DNA of 64,000 nt from Azolla caroliniana (lineage: Eukaryota; Plantae; Polypodiophyta). Every line of letters starts with the position of its first letter. The stretch's first letter is position 1. The stretch is taken from NCBI GenBank assembly GCA_043228905.1, contig JBHGNT010000010.1:5208001-5272000 (forward strand), read 5' to 3'. Position numbers and translations under genes: made by a program. The notes below the pieces were generated by a model. That model was given only the letters and a program-made list of their open reading frames with translations, did not search any database and was not told where the DNA came from. This document shows positions 61,189-64,000 of the stretch, one piece after another.

Positions 61189-62149
61189 ATATCAATATTC
61201 ACACCCACAAAGCGAAAGACTGTTTAATCATTTACCAAAATTTTAGGTGTATAATACATATTTGGTCACAAAGGCTATTGGATGAGTTTCAAGAATGTTA
61301 TAAAAGGGTGGAAATAGATTGCTCACATTCAATCATTTAGTCCCCTTTAATTTTACAATTTCTGTAAGTGTCTTCATGTTCTAGTGCCTCCATAGGCAAA
61401 TGTAAATTTGGAATACAGACATCTCCATTAGTTGAGGATATATTCTATTGGTATCCATTTCATGTGTTTGTAGAGACTTAAGAAGCAAAGCTTTCGCACA
61501 ACATTAATTTCAAATGTGATGTTTTAGGACATTTTATTCTATAGAGAAATGATAAGGTTGTACTGACCTAGTTTAATGATCAATGCAAAGTCAAGGAAAA
61601 AGGTAAAGATGGAAGGTCGTAGCTAAACCAATTGAGTGTATACCAATGCAGTACCAAAAATTTTCAATTGATAGGGCAACATTTTTCCCCACGTAACGAT
61701 ACAACCCCTTGTCATTGTAACAACTTCCAAAGAGTAAAATTATACTTCACAATATGGGTGGTGTAAATATTGCTTAGGATGAGAGTAACAAAACGAATCA
61801 AATCAGTCATTTCCCATTTATTCTAATGAGATTGCATACTCATGTCTCATCCTTAAGGTATTATTACCTCGAGTGCACCTCTTGCTCACTGAAGTTCTCT
61901 CACACCTAGGTTGTTTTGGTGTGGTTTGAGGAAAATAAAAATCTCATGATTCCTTATCCGTTTGGGCAGAATTGTATGTTTTAGGCATATATCCTTTTTG
62001 TAACATTGCAATACCAACAAATCACACTAATATCGGAAGTTATGGAAATATGAATACAACTTTCATAACAAGCAATGAATATGACAGTATAGGGATGAAT
62101 CTTATGACCTATCTCTAATTTATTTGGAACTGAATCGGTATGACTCCAC

Positions 62150-64000
62150 TTAGTAATGTACTAGGGATTCATATAATTCTGGTGATAACCTTGGGGATGC
62201 TACCGAAACTACAGGATTGGTTTTATAGAGTATAATACCAAAGCTTTCATTCATATCCATTTCTTTGACTCCCGGTGGTAAACTCCATTCGTAGGAGTGA
62301 ACCAATGAGCCTAACATTAGGTAGACATTAAGGAGGCCAAGATTCATGGCTGGACAAGCTCGTCTACCGGCACCGAATGGCAACAATTGGAAATGATGAC
62401 CTTTAAGATCGACAGTTGAATCCAGGAATCGTTGCGGTCGAAACTCCTGTGGCTTCTCCCAGGAGTTCTCATCCATTGAGAGAGACCAAGTATTGACAAG
62501 CATTGTGGTTCTCTCGGGGACATAGAATCCGGCAACTTCACATGGCTGTATGGATTCATGGGGGATCAATAATGGTACCACTGGATGCAACCTCATTATC
62601 TCCTTCACAGTAGCTTGTAGATATGGAAGATTCGGTATGTCTTCTTCACTCATCAGCCTATCCTTGCCAATGACGCGATCGAGCTCGTCTTGTAGTCTCC
62701 TTGTTATGTCATCGTGTCGTATTAGTTCTGCTAATCCCCACTCCACAACTACGCTAGATGTATCCGTTCCACCCGCAAACATATCCTAACAATTCAATGA
62801 TTATCGTCACAAATGTTATACTCAATAAACGAATAATCTTCGTGCACATTTGTAATAAAATAGAAGTCAGCAAAGAAAGGAAATGCATCCACATACCCAT
62901 AAAATTGCTTTGATATTGTCATCTGTCAAACTGATTGTATTGGATATATGCCCCTTATCTTCATGTAGCAACAATAGAGTGTCGAGAAGATCCTTTTCAC
63001 CATAGCTACCAGCAGCTGTATTCGCATGAGAATCCCGCCGATTGTCGACTATTCTCTGAAATATGGTGTCCAGCTTCTCGAACGTGTCATTGGCACGTCG
63101 TTCGAGACCTTGTATGTCTAGAAATCTTAAAGCCGGCAATAAGTTGCCTATATTGGGAATGCCGATGAGGTCTAATGATTCTCGGAGGGCGTCCACGAGC
63201 TCCAATCCATTCATGTTTATGATCACGGAAAGGTCATTGAAGGTCTTCCCCAAGGCCATTCTTGAGATGCTGTTGCACGCCCGAACTTGTAACTTCGTGC
63301 GCATGTCTTGGGCCTTTTGGATGTCTTGCCACACCGAATGAACAAGACCCCTCATCTCCTCGCCTCGGATTGGTTTGAAGTGTTGCACCCTTGGAGTGTT
63401 GAAAAGTTTGGTCATATATACTTCTTTCACCTGGCAACCAAGCAACACATATTTGTTTGGAGACCACTAAAAATGAATAAAAAGATAGCTCATCAAAAGT
63501 TTTCAGGACCAAAATTGGAATTTGCAATTAACACTAATTTGAAGTGTTTGTGATGTTATGAGAAATCTAGGTAAGATGTAATTTTGAATTTGCATTACCT
63601 TCCGCCAAAGCGGCCCGTAGGGCGTGTGGGCGAGGCCCGAGCAGTTGTAGGTGAAGCGGACAGCGGCAGAAGACGAAAGGGAGCGGGAGGCGAAAACAAG
63701 GTCATGGGTATGCAAGATGAGGCGGGCTATGTCGGGCGACGAGACAACCAATGTAGGGACAGAGCCCATTTGATAGGACAAGATGGGGCCGTACCGCGTG
63801 GACATGTCATGGTACCATCGGTGCGGAAGTTGCGGAGACATAAGGAGCTGGTGGAGATGTCCTAGGAAAGGTAAGCTGCCAGGTGGGGATGGAGGAGATG
63901 GGATATGGAGGAGCTCATGTTTCCTCATCCTCCTCTTCATCTTCCTCTTCATGTTTTGTTGGACATACTGCCACAGAAGCACCCATCCCAAGATGCCCAA
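62150..64000 (-). CDS. Cytochrome P450, CYP71 clan (A-type), start codon probably beyond the window end
   Basis: Exons >64000-63599, 63430-62897 and 62785-62150, all with phase-0 GT-AG junctions. Motifs PPSPPGSLPFLGHL, PYGPLWRK, AGGTDTS, EIMR, FRPQRF and heme FGAGRRACPA. Confidence 0.93.

Overview
This is land-plant nuclear DNA. The intron style and TE families suggest a fern or other non-seed plant, which is an inference. There are two host genes, both on the minus strand. One is a multi-exon bacterial-type poly(A) polymerase (class II nucleotidyltransferase), with ATG at 13870 running off the left edge and introns filled with LINE remnants. The other is a CYP71-clan cytochrome P450 whose start lies beyond the right edge (stop 62150). 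About 45 kb of transposons lie between them: (i) a 5.1-kb hAT element with perfect TIRs and an 8-bp TSD, carrying a near-intact transposase plus captured host exons of a group-D MAPK and a VTI1 SNARE; (ii) a nested LTR-retrotransposon pile at 22684-44311 that includes one intact young Copia; (iii) a self-priming chromovirus deletion derivative; (iv) a second intact Copia flanked by a 941-bp direct duplication instead of a 5-bp TSD; (v) a hAT MITE; (vi) a tRNA-Ala-primed Gypsy with a -1 frameshift signal and a 4-bp TSD. The most notable signals are tRNA-derived Pol III A/B-box modules in the U3 ends of two chromovirus LTR families, the giant target duplication, the exon-capturing hAT, and an LTR family that appears to target ACGG repeatedly. 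All calls were made by eye and no database search was run.
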